Source of the DNA: Candidatus Aminicenantes bacterium
GTDB taxonomy: Bacteria > Acidobacteriota > Aminicenantia > Aminicenantales > UBA4085
DNA length: 64,000 nt
Assembly: GCA_026393895.1 (NCBI GenBank)
Contig: JAPKZG010000043.1
Location: 7,761 to 71,760, forward strand
Direction of reading: 5' to 3'
The position numbers and the translations under genes were made by a program. Positions within the stretch are counted from its first letter, which is position 1. The number at the start of each line of letters is the position of its first letter. Below the pieces are notes generated by a model that did no database searches, was not told where the DNA came from, and worked only from the letters and a program-made list of their open reading frames with translations. Shown here piece by piece: positions 1-10,318 of the stretch.

Positions 1-1459
1 GAACCGTCGACGGCGGGACGTCCGGCCGGGAAAAGGAATCGATCATATATTTTCCGGACGGGGCGAGGGAGACCTCATGATCCATATCTTCCGGCGTGAG
101 AAGCGTTTGGTTCCGCCCGTCGAAATCGATCCGATAAAGATGCCGGAAGTATGGGTCGCGGCCATTTTCCCGTCCGACGCCGAGGAAGGTCAACCGGCGG
201 TTTTCCGGATCGACCCGAAGGATCCGGGTCACGTTGCCCTCGCCGGACGTGATTTGATTTTTCAATCGGCCCGTCTCGAGGTCGTAGAGGTAAAGCTGCC
301 CCCAGTCGTCGCGTTCGGAGAACCAAACGAATTCGCCGGAGGAGGAGAGAAACCTCCAATTCGGCGAATCCGCGCCCGATTCGAAAAACGTCGGGACTTT
401 TTCCTCGAGGACGTCCCGGACCTCGCCGGTTTCGGAATCGGCGACCCGGAACCAGGCTGTTTTATGATCGCGCGACGAGGAAACGAACGCCAGGCGGCGG
501 GAATCCTCGCTCCAGGCCGTATCCTCCATCGAGCCGTCGGCGGCTTTGATATCGTCGGCGACGGAGCTCCGATGCTGATCGGGCGCCATCTTCAGCCGGA
601 CGACCCGGGGCCCGTCGAGATGGACGACGACCCGCTGGATCATTGTCACCGTCTCGTCGCCCGGCAGAGGATACTTCCACGTTTGGAGGGCGGGACGGCC
701 GATTTTCGTCTCGACAAGAGCCATTTCGCCGACGCCGCGTTGATCCTGCTGGAACGTCGCGATCTTTTGCGAGTCGGGAGACCAGGTCACCACCGGCCGG
801 TCGCTCCTCGACCAGCCGGCATTGTCGGTCGCGTAGCCGAAGTCCTTAACGCCGTCGAAGGTCAGTTGTTTTTCCGCTCCGGAAGTTTTCTCCCGCGACC
901 ACAAGTTGTCGTTGCGGATGAAAACACCGAGGCGTCCGGCCGGAGAAAGAGATTCGGGTTCGGCCGAAACCGGGGGACGCGCGCCCGGCGATTCGACCGG
1001 TGCGATGTCCTCGGCCTTCATCGCCCGGCCGCGAAGATCGCAGGAATAGCGGCGGGATCCGACGACAAAGGAAAACCGTCTTCCGTCGGCCGAAAATTCA
1101 AACTCCAGAAACGGCAGAGCGGAGGCCTCGTAAGACTTTCCCTCGGCCGCGGACAAGGCGGCCGCGACCCCGGCCTGGTCGAACGCCGGACCGCGGACGC
1201 CCCGGGCCGCGTCGACCAGGATGAATTCCGACCCGTTCGCAAGTTGATTCCGGTACCAGAACCGGTCTCCGGGGAGCCAGTTCGGCCGGACGGACGCCCG
1301 GAACACCAGCGGGGACGTGTTGGCGCCCAGGAATTTTTCCGCCCGGGCGTAATCCTCCGCGGTCAAAGCGGCCGGCTTTTCACCGGCCTGAAAAGCAAAC
1401 CCCGCCCAGGCGAAAAAAAGAAGAAACGCCGCCGAAACAGCCAGCTTTTGGTGACGCAT
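1..1459 (-). CDS. S9-family peptidase, N-terminal (DPP-IV-like beta-propeller) portion; C-terminal catalytic part lies beyond the left window edge (partial)
   Basis: Manual reverse-complement translation from ATG at 1459..1457 gives MRHQKLAVSAAFLLFFAWAGFAFQAGEKPAALTAEDYARAEKFLGA...FWYRNQLANGSEFILVDAAR... (signal peptide, DPPIV_N-like repeats); frame stays open to position 1. The + strand ORF 77..1549 is an R/G/P-rich antisense shadow. Confidence 0.6.
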   Translation of the reverse strand, partial: MRHQKLAVSAAFLLFFAWAGFAFQAGEKPAALTAEDYARAEKFLGANTSPLVFRASVRPNWLPGDRFWYRNQLANGSEFILVDAARGVRGPAFDQAGVAAALSAAEGKSYEASALPFLEFEFSADGRRFSFVVGSRRYSCDLRGRAMKAEDIAPVESPGARPPVSAEPESLSPAGRLGVFIRNDNLWSREKTSGAEKQLTFDGVKDFGYATDNAGWSRSDRPVVTWSPDSQKIATFQQDQRGVGEMALVETKIGRPALQTWKYPLPGDETVTMIQRVVVHLDGPRVVRLKMAPDQHRSSVADDIKAADGSMEDTAWSEDSRRLAFVSSSRDHKTAWFRVADSETGEVRDVLEEKVPTFFESGADSPNWRFLSSSGEFVWFSERDDWGQLYLYDLETGRLKNQITSGEGNVTRILRVDPENRRLTFLGVGRENGRDPYFRHLYRIDFDGRNQTLLTPEDMDHEVSLAPSGKYMIDSFSRPDVPPSTV

Positions 1460-1617
1460 GAACTCCCTCCTCGAAATAAGCGATCGGCCGGATTCCGATT
1501 TTACCGTTGCGACGGATATGATTCTATGCCGAGGCCGCATTGTCAATGAACGCCGCCTCCCCTTCCCCGTTGCCGGGAAGATGACTTATCTTAGGCGGGA
1601 CACAAGGCGAATGGTTT

Positions 1618-1626
1618 TGATATAAT
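1618..1626 (+). promoter_or_regulatory. extended -10 element TGaTATAAT upstream of the aldolase gene; overlapping inverted repeats GGAGG...CCTCC and TTTCAC...GTGAAA in the leader (1629-1655)
   Basis: sequence ttttgatataatcggagggattttcacctcccgtgaaaatc, followed by RBS aaggag (1666-1671) and ATG at 1678. Confidence 0.35.
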
Positions 1627-1677
1627 CGGAGGGATTTTCACCTCCCGTGAAAATCAAAAAGACCAAAGGAGCCGCGC

Positions 1678-3093
1678 ATGTCCAATCACGGTTGGGACCG
1701 TCTGATAAAACATCTGGATGGAACAGTGAAACTCGACGGGGAACACCTCTCTGTCCTCAACGAAAAAACGCTCCCGGAAAAAATGGACGCCCTGATTCAC
1801 GAGGCCGTTTTCGGGGAGCCGGAAACCCTGGCCGCCGCCCGCTGGCTGATTTGGGAAACCGCCCAAACCGTCGGCGTCCGCCCCGCCTCGATTCACGACC
1901 TGTACATCGCCCGGGGCCGCGGCCGGATCGAAAAGGCCTTCACCGGTCCGGCCATGAACCTGCGGATGCTGGCCTACGATTCCGCCCGGGCCGTTTTCCG
2001 GGCCGCCCGGACGATCGATTGCGGCGCCTTCATTTTCGAAATCGCCCGGAGCGAAATGGTTTACACGGACCAGCGTCCCGCCGAGTATGTCTCCGCCGTT
2101 CTCGCGGCCGCCCTCCGGGAAGGATATCGCGGGCCCGTCTTCATCCAGGGCGATCACTTCCAGGCCGGAGCGAAAAAGTACGCCGCCGACCCCGACGCCG
2201 AAACCCAGGCCATCCGCGACCTGATCATCGAAGCCGTCGCGGACGGGTTCTTCAACATTGACATCGACACGTCCACGCTCGTGGACATCTCCCTTCCGAA
2301 GCTGGCCGATCAGCAGAAAAAAAATTTCGAACTCTGCGCCGCGTTCACCCGCTTCATCCGCGACCACGAACCCGCCGGGGTGACGATCTCGGTCGGCGGC
2401 GAAATCGGCGAAGTCGGACATCAAAACAGCACGGTCGCGGACCTCGACGCCTTCATGACCGGATACGACGCCGCCCGGGGGGCGAAAACGGGGATCAGCA
2501 AAATCAGCATCCAGACCGGAACGTCGCACGGCGGCGTGGTCCTCCCCGACGGATCGCTGGCCCAGGTGGCCATCGATTTCGACGCTCTTCGGGCGCTCGG
2601 CGCCCGGGCCCGGGAGGCCTACGGAATGGGCGGGGCGGTTCAGCACGGCGCCAGCACGCTGCCCGACACGGCTTTCCACCGGTTCGTCGAAGCGGACACC
2701 TGTGAGGTCCACCTGGCCACCGCCTTCCAATCGCTGATCATGGATCATCCGACCGTGCCCGAGTCCCTGCGCCTGGAAATGTACGACTGGCTGAAAAAGA
2801 ACGCGGCTGAGGAGCGCAAACCCAAGGACTCCGACGCTCAATTTTTCTACAAGGCTAGGAAAAAGGCCGTCGGCCCGTTCAAAAAGAGGTTCTGGGATCT
2901 GCCGAAAGAGGCCCGGGATGAAATCGGAACGGATTTGGAAAGGAAATTCCAATACTTGTTCGAACAACTGGGGATGGCCCGGACGACGGATATCGTGAAC
3001 CGGTTCATCAAGGCCCCGGAAATTCACAAGCCCAGGCCCGCCGGCGGCGCCCGAAAAACCAAGACCGAAAACGTCGACGGCCTAGCAGACTGA
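1678..3093 (+). CDS. class II (metal-dependent) fructose/ketose-bisphosphate aldolase family protein, long 471-aa form with C-terminal extension
   Basis: Motifs align to class II FBA: FIQGDHFQ (LHLDH-like), GFFNIDIDTS, GGEIGEVG, ISIQTGTSHGG, AVQHGASTLP; RBS plus ATG. Confidence 0.65.
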   Translation: MSNHGWDRLIKHLDGTVKLDGEHLSVLNEKTLPEKMDALIHEAVFGEPETLAAARWLIWETAQTVGVRPASIHDLYIARGRGRIEKAFTGPAMNLRMLAYDSARAVFRAARTIDCGAFIFEIARSEMVYTDQRPAEYVSAVLAAALREGYRGPVFIQGDHFQAGAKKYAADPDAETQAIRDLIIEAVADGFFNIDIDTSTLVDISLPKLADQQKKNFELCAAFTRFIRDHEPAGVTISVGGEIGEVGHQNSTVADLDAFMTGYDAARGAKTGISKISIQTGTSHGGVVLPDGSLAQVAIDFDALRALGARAREAYGMGGAVQHGASTLPDTAFHRFVEADTCEVHLATAFQSLIMDHPTVPESLRLEMYDWLKKNAAEERKPKDSDAQFFYKARKKAVGPFKKRFWDLPKEARDEIGTDLERKFQYLFEQLGMARTTDIVNRFIKAPEIHKPRPAGGARKTKTENVDGLAD

Positions 3094-3290
3094 AGCGCCA
3101 TTCTCCGACCGAGCGGGGACTCTCGCCTGAAAGCCCTGGCGCGCACGTCCCCGAAGCCGCGTTATGCGCTTTTCCGCCTGCCGATGTTTTCGGTTTTCGG
3201 CGGAGGAGGCTGAAGCCCCATTCGTACAACTCAGCAAGACTCATCGCGTAATGGCCCTGGGGCGCACGTCCCCGGGCCGCACCGCGCCCG
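3088..3290. repeat. two imperfect copies (~70 bp, 120-bp period) of ctgaagcNccattc...gccctggNgcgcacgtcccc, starting inside the aldolase stop codon
   Basis: copy 1 at 3088-3156, copy 2 at 3208-3276; shared cores ctgaagc[gc]ccattc and ccctgg[cg]gcgcacgtcccc. Confidence 0.5.
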
Positions 3291-3398
3291 GGAAACTTTA
3301 AAAATGGTGATTGTAAAAAATCGGGCGTTGGATTATTTTATTAGCGTCGGTACCCCGCGCCATCTGACGCAGTACAATAGCGCCATCTGGAGGTCAGC

Positions 3399-6300
3399 AT
3401 GCGGAAGAGATTTATATCCTTTGGACTCGGTTTGACCCTCGCTTTGGCGATCCCCTTATCCTCTCAGGATCGCCTCCGCTGTAAAAACTTCTCGCTGGAG
3501 GAAGGTCTATCGCAAAGCACCGGGTACTGCGTCGTCCAGGATCGAAAAGGTTTTATCTGGATCGGCACCGAAACCGGCCTCAACCGGTACGACGGCTACA
3601 ACTTCAAGATCTTCCTGGAAGACCGGGTCAACCCCCGCGCCCTCTCCAACAACTACGTCTGGTGCCTGCTCGTGGACAAGGCCGGGATCCTCTGGGTCGG
3701 GACGGACAACGGCCTGAGCCGGTATGTCTCGGAAACGGAAGATTTTGTCTCCTACCGCAACGACCACGGCGACGAAAACAGCCTGAGCAACAACCAGATT
3801 TACGCTCTCACCGAGGACCGGTCCGGAAACATCTGGATTGCCACCAACGACGGCCTGAACCGCCTCGACCCGAAAAAGCAGCTCTTCACCCGGTTCATGG
3901 CCGGGGCCGGCGGGGATTCCGCCCTCAGCCACGGAACCGTCAAGGCCGTTCTCCAGGACCGGGACGGCACAATCTGGGCGGGAACGGACGGGGGCGGCCT
4001 AAACCGGTGGAACGAACAAACCGGGAAATTCGAATCCTTTCGCCATAAAGCGTCTGACCCGAAAAGCCTCGGCAACGACGGGGTTCTGTCCCTGGCCGAG
4101 GACGGGAATGGAAACCTCTGGGTCGGAACGCGCAACGGCCTGGATAAAACCGGACCCGACCGCGACGGTTTCGTCCATTACCGCCACGACCGCCGCGACC
4201 CGTCCAGCCTGAGCGGCAGCACGGTCAACTGCATTTTCCAGGACAAGTCCGGAACGCTTTGGATCGGGACCAACGAAGCGGGCGTCGACCGGTACGTCCC
4301 CAACCAGGACGGCTTCTGGAACTACCGCCATGACGAACGCGATCCGACGAGCATCTCCGGCGACCGCGTCCTGGCCGTCATGGAGGATAACTCGGGCGAA
4401 CTCTGGTTCGGAACCTACGGGGCCGGCCTCAGCAAGTACAACAAGAACATCTCCAAGTTCCGCCTCTACGAAAAAACCGGATTCGCCACGGCCAACCTGA
4501 ACAACAACGGGTTCCGCAAGATTCTCAAACAGGGAGACGACTTATTCTGGGTGGCCACCGACGGCTCCGGGTTGTGCCGGTATGACCGGGCCACCGGACA
4601 GATCCGTTTCTTCATCCACGACCCGGCCGACCCTTCGAGCATCAGCAGCAACCGCGTCTACATGCTCCACCTTGACCGTGACGGTTTCCTTTGGGCGGCG
4701 ACCATCGACGGGCTGAGCCGTCTCGACCCCCGAACCGGGAAATTCACCCGCTTCACGAAAAAGGAGGGAGACCCGCAAACCCTGAGTACGAATTTCATCC
4801 GAACCATCGTCGAGGACAAGGACGGAAACCTGTGGCTCGGGACCGACGGCGGCGGCCTGAACTATCTCGACAGAAAAACGGGCCGGGTCCGGCAATTTCT
4901 AGCTGACGAAAACAATCCGAACAGCCTGAGCTATCCCCGGATTTACTCCCTCTACTATGATAAGGCCGGAATCGTCTGGATCGGGACTTATGGCGGCGGC
5001 CTCAACCGCTTCGACCCGGCGACCGGGGCGGTCAAGGTCTATCGTACAACCACGGCGAAGCCGGACGGTATAAAGGACGACTATATCCTGAGCCTCCTGG
5101 AGGACAGCCGGGGATGGTTCTGGCTGGGAACGTCCACCGGCCTGGCCCGGTTCGACCAGGAAACGGAAACCTTCACGGTCTTCAAAATGAAGGACGGCCT
5201 GCCCGACGAAGTCATCTACGCCATGGAAGAAGACGAGCAGGGGAACATCTGGCTCTCGACCAACCGGGGCCTGTCGCGTTTCGACCCCGTCAAACGGAAA
5301 TTCAAGAACTTCGACATCTTCGACGGCCTCCAGAGCTACGAATTCAACACCTACTGCTCTTACCGGGCCGCGGACGGGGAACTTTTCTTCGGCGGCATCA
5401 AGGGATTCAATTCGTTCTATCCCAAACTGATCACGGATAACCCCCACGCCCCGCAGGTCGTCCTGACCAACTTCCGTCTCTTCGGCCGCGAAGTTCCGAT
5501 CAAGGCCCCGGTCGACGACCGTCTCATCCTCGACCGGTCGATCACCGAAACGGAGGCCGTCCGCCTGACCTACCGGCAGAACCTCATCGATTTCGAATTC
5601 TCCGCCCTCGACTTCCAGGCCCCCAGCAAGAACTTGTACTCCTACCGGATGGAAGGCCTGGACTCGGCATGGACGCTCCCCAGCAACCGCCGGTTCGTGT
5701 CCTACGCCGGGATTCCGCCCGGGGAATACACGTTCCGGGTCAAGGGCTCCAACAACGACGGCCTCTGGAACGAGCAGGGCGTCGCCCTCAAAATCTCGGT
5801 GGTCCCCCCCTTCTGGAAAACCCGCTGGTTCCAGGCGCTGGCGCTTCTTTTTGTTCTCGGGCTGGCCCTGGCTGGTTTTCAATACCGGACCGCCACCATC
5901 CGGCAGCGGAACATCCACCTCGAAAAGAAAATCAAGGAACGGACCGCCGCCCTCGAGCAGGAAGTGACCGAACGGAAACGGCTGGCCGAGGAGGCGAAAC
6001 GCAAGGGAACGCAGTTCGCCCTGCTCTACGACGTCGGCCATAAGTTGAGCGGCCGGCTGGAGCTGAAGGATCTTCTGGACGTGGCCGTCAAGTCCGTCCG
6101 CGACGCGTTCGATTATTACGGTGTCATGCTCCTCCTGCGTGAAGACGGCGACCGGGTCCTCACCCTGAAGGCGATCACCGGCGGGTACGTCGGCTCCCTC
6201 CCCCTGGACATGAAGGTTAATTTCGGCCAGGGCATGATCGGGACCGCCGCCTTCACCGGAAAATCCCAAATGACCGGCAACGTCGAAAAAGACCCGAATT

Positions 6301-8591
6301 TCTTCCGCAAGGCCGCGGAGAAGACGAAATCGGAGCTTTCCGTGCCCCTGATCAAGGGCAACGCGGTCATCGGCGTCCTCGACCTTCAAAGCATGCGCCC
6401 GAACGCGTTTGATGAATCCGACGTATCGGCCATGGAAACGCTCGGTTCCCAGATCGCGGCGGCCATCGAAAGCGCCCAGCTGTACGCCCGGGCCCAGAAG
6501 GAAATCGCCGACCGGAAAGAAGCCGAGGTCGCGATCCAACGGGAGGCGGCCAAGCTCTCGGCCATGATCTCCGGAATGGAGGAAGGCGTGATCCTGGCCG
6601 ACAAGGACGACCGGATCCTGGAAGTGAACGAATACTTTCTCAAGCTCCTCAAGCAGGAGCGGGCCGGATTGCTCGGTCGGAGCCTCTGGGGCTGCGACCC
6701 GCAATTGGCGACCGCGGAACTGCGGCTGGCCATCGAGGATTTCAAGAGCAAGCCGTTCGCCATTCCGCTGATCCAGGAAATACCGTTCAAGGAGTTGGAG
6801 GTGATTCTCCGCCTTCAGCCCATCTACCTCAACGACAACTACGAGGGCGTGATCATCAATCTCATCGACGTCTCCGAACTGATCCAGGCCCGCAAGCAGG
6901 CCCAGGAAGCCAACCGGGCCAAGAGCGAGTTCCTGGCCAACATGAGCCACGAAATCCGGACGCCGATGAACGGGATTTTCGGGATGACCGAGCTCGCCCT
7001 GGAAACTGACCTGACGTCGGAACAGCGGGATTTCATGGAATCGGTCAAGATCTCGGCCGAATCCCTGATGAACATCATCAACGACATCCTCGATTTTTCC
7101 AAGATCGAGGCCAAAAAAATCGAATTCGAAAACATCAATTTCAACCTGCGCGACACCGTCCACAGCATGGTCTCGAGCGTAGCCCTGATGGCGGAAAAGA
7201 AGGGCCTGGAGCTGGCTTATCACATTCCGGGAGACATCCCGGACCGGGTGACGGGCGATCCCGGCCGGCTCCGCCAGATTCTGACCAACCTGTTGAGCAA
7301 CTCGATCAAGTTCACCCGCGAAGGCGAGGTCATTGTCACGGTCCAACCCCAATCCATCGCCCCAGACCGGATCTGGCTGCATTTCATCGTCAAGGACAGC
7401 GGCATCGGGATTCCCGAGGACAAAATCAAACTGATCTTCGACCCGTTCGCCCAGGTGGACAGCTCGACGACGCGTCTGTACGGGGGAACGGGACTCGGGC
7501 TGGCGATCGTCTCCCAGCTCGTGGAACTGATGGGCGGGAAAATCTGGGCGGAAAGCGAACTCGGCGTGGGCAGCCAGTTCCACTTCACCATGCCTCTTTC
7601 CCTGCAGCAGGTGGCGGAGGAAGAGGTCGTTCCCATCCAGTTCGAGGACATCAAAGGAACGACCGTCCTGGCCGTGGACGACAACGAGACCAACCGCCGC
7701 ATCCTCCAAGAAATGCTGACCAACTGGCACATGCGGCCGACCGTCGTCGAGGACGCAGCGGCGGCCCTGAAGGCTCTCCGTGAAGCCCGGGAAGAGGGGC
7801 GGACCTTCCAATTGATTCTCATCGACGCCAACATGCCGGAGATGGACGGCTACGCCCTGGCCGAGGAAATCAAGAAGCACCCGGAACTCGGGAACGCGTT
7901 CATCATGATGCTGAGCTCAGCCGGGTTCCGTGGCGAGGCGGCCCGCTGCCGGAAACTGGGCCTCTCAGCCTACCTGACGAAACCCATCAAGCAGTCGTAC
8001 CTTCTCGATGCGATCATGCTCGCCCTCGGCGCGGGCGTCCACAAGCCGGGCGACGCCGCGGCGCCGTTGATCACCCGCCATTCGCTGAGCAAGGCCCGCC
8101 AGCAGTATCGCGTCCTCCTGGCCGAAGACAACGTCATCAACCAGAAACTGGCCGTCCGGACCCTGGAACGCCGGGGACACCACGTCGAGGTCGCCAACAA
8201 CGGCGCGGAAGCCCTGGAAATGCTGGAAAAGGAATCTTTCGACCTGGTTTTGATGGACGTCCAGATGCCGAAATTGGACGGCTACCAGGCCACGGCGGCG
8301 ATCCGTCAAAAAGAAGTCGAGACCGACAAACACCTACCGATCATCGCCATGACGGCCCACGCTATGACAGGCGACCGCGAGAAATGCCTGGAGGCCGGGA
8401 TGGACGACTACATCTCCAAGCCGTTGAAGCCGTATGACCTTCTCAAGAAGATCGAGTATGTCGTCAACCGGTTCAATAAAGAGCTGAAGATCATCGAAAA
8501 AAGAATCGAGGACGAAAACAACGAGGAGGACGAAGCCGGATCCGAAGAGATAAACGAAGGCCCGGACAAAGAGGACGGCGCGGAGAAATAA
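3399..8591 (+). CDS. hybrid sensor histidine kinase: signal peptide, ~12 two-component-regulator-propeller (Reg_prop) repeats, Y_Y_Y domain, TM helix, GAF, PAS, HisKA ([13 protein letters not shown]), HATPase_c, two receiver domains, acidic tail
   Basis: 1730-aa ORF; H-box, G-boxes ([10 protein letters not shown]), two REC domains with conserved D ([13 protein letters not shown]; [13 protein letters not shown]); AT-rich promoter-like region 3296-3345, RBS ggaggt. Confidence 0.85.
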   Translation: MRKRFISFGLGLTLALAIPLSSQDRLRCKNFSLEEGLSQSTGYCVVQDRKGFIWIGTETGLNRYDGYNFKIFLEDRVNPRALSNNYVWCLLVDKAGILWVGTDNGLSRYVSETEDFVSYRNDHGDENSLSNNQIYALTEDRSGNIWIATNDGLNRLDPKKQLFTRFMAGAGGDSALSHGTVKAVLQDRDGTIWAGTDGGGLNRWNEQTGKFESFRHKASDPKSLGNDGVLSLAEDGNGNLWVGTRNGLDKTGPDRDGFVHYRHDRRDPSSLSGSTVNCIFQDKSGTLWIGTNEAGVDRYVPNQDGFWNYRHDERDPTSISGDRVLAVMEDNSGELWFGTYGAGLSKYNKNISKFRLYEKTGFATANLNNNGFRKILKQGDDLFWVATDGSGLCRYDRATGQIRFFIHDPADPSSISSNRVYMLHLDRDGFLWAATIDGLSRLDPRTGKFTRFTKKEGDPQTLSTNFIRTIVEDKDGNLWLGTDGGGLNYLDRKTGRVRQFLADENNPNSLSYPRIYSLYYDKAGIVWIGTYGGGLNRFDPATGAVKVYRTTTAKPDGIKDDYILSLLEDSRGWFWLGTSTGLARFDQETETFTVFKMKDGLPDEVIYAMEEDEQGNIWLSTNRGLSRFDPVKRKFKNFDIFDGLQSYEFNTYCSYRAADGELFFGGIKGFNSFYPKLITDNPHAPQVVLTNFRLFGREVPIKAPVDDRLILDRSITETEAVRLTYRQNLIDFEFSALDFQAPSKNLYSYRMEGLDSAWTLPSNRRFVSYAGIPPGEYTFRVKGSNNDGLWNEQGVALKISVVPPFWKTRWFQALALLFVLGLALAGFQYRTATIRQRNIHLEKKIKERTAALEQEVTERKRLAEEAKRKGTQFALLYDVGHKLSGRLELKDLLDVAVKSVRDAFDYYGVMLLLREDGDRVLTLKAITGGYVGSLPLDMKVNFGQGMIGTAAFTGKSQMTGNVEKDPNFFRKAAEKTKSELSVPLIKGNAVIGVLDLQSMRPNAFDESDVSAMETLGSQIAAAIESAQLYARAQKEIADRKEAEVAIQREAAKLSAMISGMEEGVILADKDDRILEVNEYFLKLLKQERAGLLGRSLWGCDPQLATAELRLAIEDFKSKPFAIPLIQEIPFKELEVILRLQPIYLNDNYEGVIINLIDVSELIQARKQAQEANRAKSEFLANMSHEIRTPMNGIFGMTELALETDLTSEQRDFMESVKISAESLMNIINDILDFSKIEAKKIEFENINFNLRDTVHSMVSSVALMAEKKGLELAYHIPGDIPDRVTGDPGRLRQILTNLLSNSIKFTREGEVIVTVQPQSIAPDRIWLHFIVKDSGIGIPEDKIKLIFDPFAQVDSSTTRLYGGTGLGLAIVSQLVELMGGKIWAESELGVGSQFHFTMPLSLQQVAEEEVVPIQFEDIKGTTVLAVDDNETNRRILQEMLTNWHMRPTVVEDAAAALKALREAREEGRTFQLILIDANMPEMDGYALAEEIKKHPELGNAFIMMLSSAGFRGEAARCRKLGLSAYLTKPIKQSYLLDAIMLALGAGVHKPGDAAAPLITRHSLSKARQQYRVLLAEDNVINQKLAVRTLERRGHHVEVANNGAEALEMLEKESFDLVLMDVQMPKLDGYQATAAIRQKEVETDKHLPIIAMTAHAMTGDREKCLEAGMDDYISKPLKPYDLLKKIEYVVNRFNKELKIIEKRIEDENNEEDEAGSEEINEGPDKEDGAEK

Positions 8592-8597
8592 ATCCAC

Positions 8598-10271
8598 CTA
8601 CCGCTTCAAGGCTTGATACTTGAGGCGGTGGGGCTGATCGGCCGCGGCGCCCTTCCGCCGGCGGAGGTCCTCCCGGTATTCCGAGTAATTGCCGTAAACC
8701 CACCGGATGCTCCCATCCTCCTCGAAGGCCAGGATGTGGGTGGCGACGCGGTCCAGAAACCAGCGGTCATGGCTGATGACCACGGCGCTCCCGGCGAAAC
8801 TTTCCAGGGCGTCCTCCAGGGCGCGGAGGGTGTTGACGTCCAGGTCGTTGGTCGGCTCATCCAGGAGAAGGACGTTTCCCCCTTCCGACATCGCCCGGGC
8901 CAGGTGAACGCGGTTCCGTTCGCCGCCCGAAAGCGCGGCGGTCTTCTTCTGCTGGTCCGTTCCGGCAAATCCGAATGAAGCGCAGTACGCCCGGGCGTTC
9001 ATCGACCGGCCGCCGATCGTCATCGTCTCCGCCCCACCCGAGACTGCCTCGAACACCGTCAGGGCCGGGTCGAGCGCCCGGGATTGATCGGCGTAGACGA
9101 GCTTGACCGTTTCGCCGATCCGGACGCGGCCCGAGTCGGGTTTTTCCTGTCCCGTGATCATGCGGAGCAGGGTCGTCTTGCCCGCGCCGTTGGGGCCGAT
9201 CACCCCGACGATCGACCCGGGAGGGACGCTGAGACACAAATTGTCGATCAACAACCTGTCGCCGAAAGCCTTGGAAACGCCCTCGACCTCGATGACCACG
9301 TCTCCCAGGCGGTTTCCGGGCGGGATCGGGATTTCCTGTTCGTCGCGATACCGGTCGAATTCCCGGCTGAGGAGTTTTTCGTAAGCCGTGACCCGGGCTT
9401 TCCCCTTCGCCTGGCGGGCCTTGGGCGAGAGGCGGATCCATTCCAGTTCGCGGGCCAATGTCCGCTGGCGCCGGGATTCGGTCTTCTCCTCGACGGCGAG
9501 CCGGGCGGTTTTCTGCTCCAACCAGGAAGAGTAATTTCCCTTCCAAGGGATCCCTTGGCCCCGGTCGAGTTCAAGAATCCAGCCGGCCACGTTGTCCAGG
9601 AAGTAGCGGTCGTGGGTCACGGCGATCACGGTGCCTTTGTATTCCTGGAGGTGACGCTCCAGCCAGGCCACGGATTCGGCGTCCAGGTGGTTCGTCGGCT
9701 CGTCCAGGAGAAGGTTGTCTGGTTCCATTAAGAGCAGACGGGTCAGGGCGACGCGGCGGCGCTCTCCTCCGGACAAAACAGAGATCGACGTGTCCGGCGG
9801 CGGGCAGCGGAGGGCTTCCATGGCGATTTCGAGATGGTTGTCGAGGTTCCAAGCGTCGTGTTTTTCGATTTCCTCGATCAACTTCGCTTGGGCCGCGACC
9901 AGGGCGTCCATGTCGGCGTCGGGTTCGGCGAATTTTTCGTTGACGGCGTCGTAGCGGGCCAGCAGGTCGACGATGGGCTGGACGCTCTCGCGCACGATTT
10001 CGATGACGGTTTTCCCGGAATCGAGCTTCGGGTCCTGTTCGAGAAGGCCGACGGTGTATCCCTTGCTCCTGGCGATTTCGCCGACGTACTCCGGGTCGAG
10101 GCCGGCCATGATCCTGAGAAGGGTCGATTTGCCCGAGCCGTTCAGTCCGAGCACACCGATCTTGGCACCGTAATAAAAGCCGAGGGAGATGTCCTTCAGG
10201 ACCTGGCGGTTGGGCGGATGGATCCGCCCGACGCCCATCATCGAATAAATGACTTGCGTATCGGAGGGCAT
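8598..10271 (-). CDS. ettA: ABC-F ATPase, energy-dependent translational throttle EttA
   Basis: 557 aa, two ABC cassettes, N-terminus MPSDTQVIYSMMGVGRIHPPNRQVLKDISLGFYYGAKIGVLGLNGSGKST, LSGGERRRVAL signature. Confidence 0.9.
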   Translation of the reverse strand: MPSDTQVIYSMMGVGRIHPPNRQVLKDISLGFYYGAKIGVLGLNGSGKSTLLRIMAGLDPEYVGEIARSKGYTVGLLEQDPKLDSGKTVIEIVRESVQPIVDLLARYDAVNEKFAEPDADMDALVAAQAKLIEEIEKHDAWNLDNHLEIAMEALRCPPPDTSISVLSGGERRRVALTRLLLMEPDNLLLDEPTNHLDAESVAWLERHLQEYKGTVIAVTHDRYFLDNVAGWILELDRGQGIPWKGNYSSWLEQKTARLAVEEKTESRRQRTLARELEWIRLSPKARQAKGKARVTAYEKLLSREFDRYRDEQEIPIPPGNRLGDVVIEVEGVSKAFGDRLLIDNLCLSVPPGSIVGVIGPNGAGKTTLLRMITGQEKPDSGRVRIGETVKLVYADQSRALDPALTVFEAVSGGAETMTIGGRSMNARAYCASFGFAGTDQQKKTAALSGGERNRVHLARAMSEGGNVLLLDEPTNDLDVNTLRALEDALESFAGSAVVISHDRWFLDRVATHILAFEEDGSIRWVYGNYSEYREDLRRRKGAAADQPHRLKYQALKR

Positions 10272-10318
10272 GGAAGGATTGTACCCGAAACGAGTTCCCG
10301 AAGCGACGAATCCGGAAT

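Noticed and set aside
77-1549. 490-aa + strand ORF listed by the ORF track
   Set aside because: Arg/Gly/Pro-rich low-complexity translation typical of an antisense shadow in high-GC DNA. The minus strand in another frame gives a coherent signal-peptide-bearing S9/DPP-IV-like protein.
4899-7880. 993-aa minus-strand ORF inside the hybrid kinase gene
   Set aside because: Antisense shadow of the kinase CDS; translation lacks any domain signal and is Gly/Arg/Pro/Asp-biased, while the + frame shows textbook HisKA/HATPase/REC motifs.
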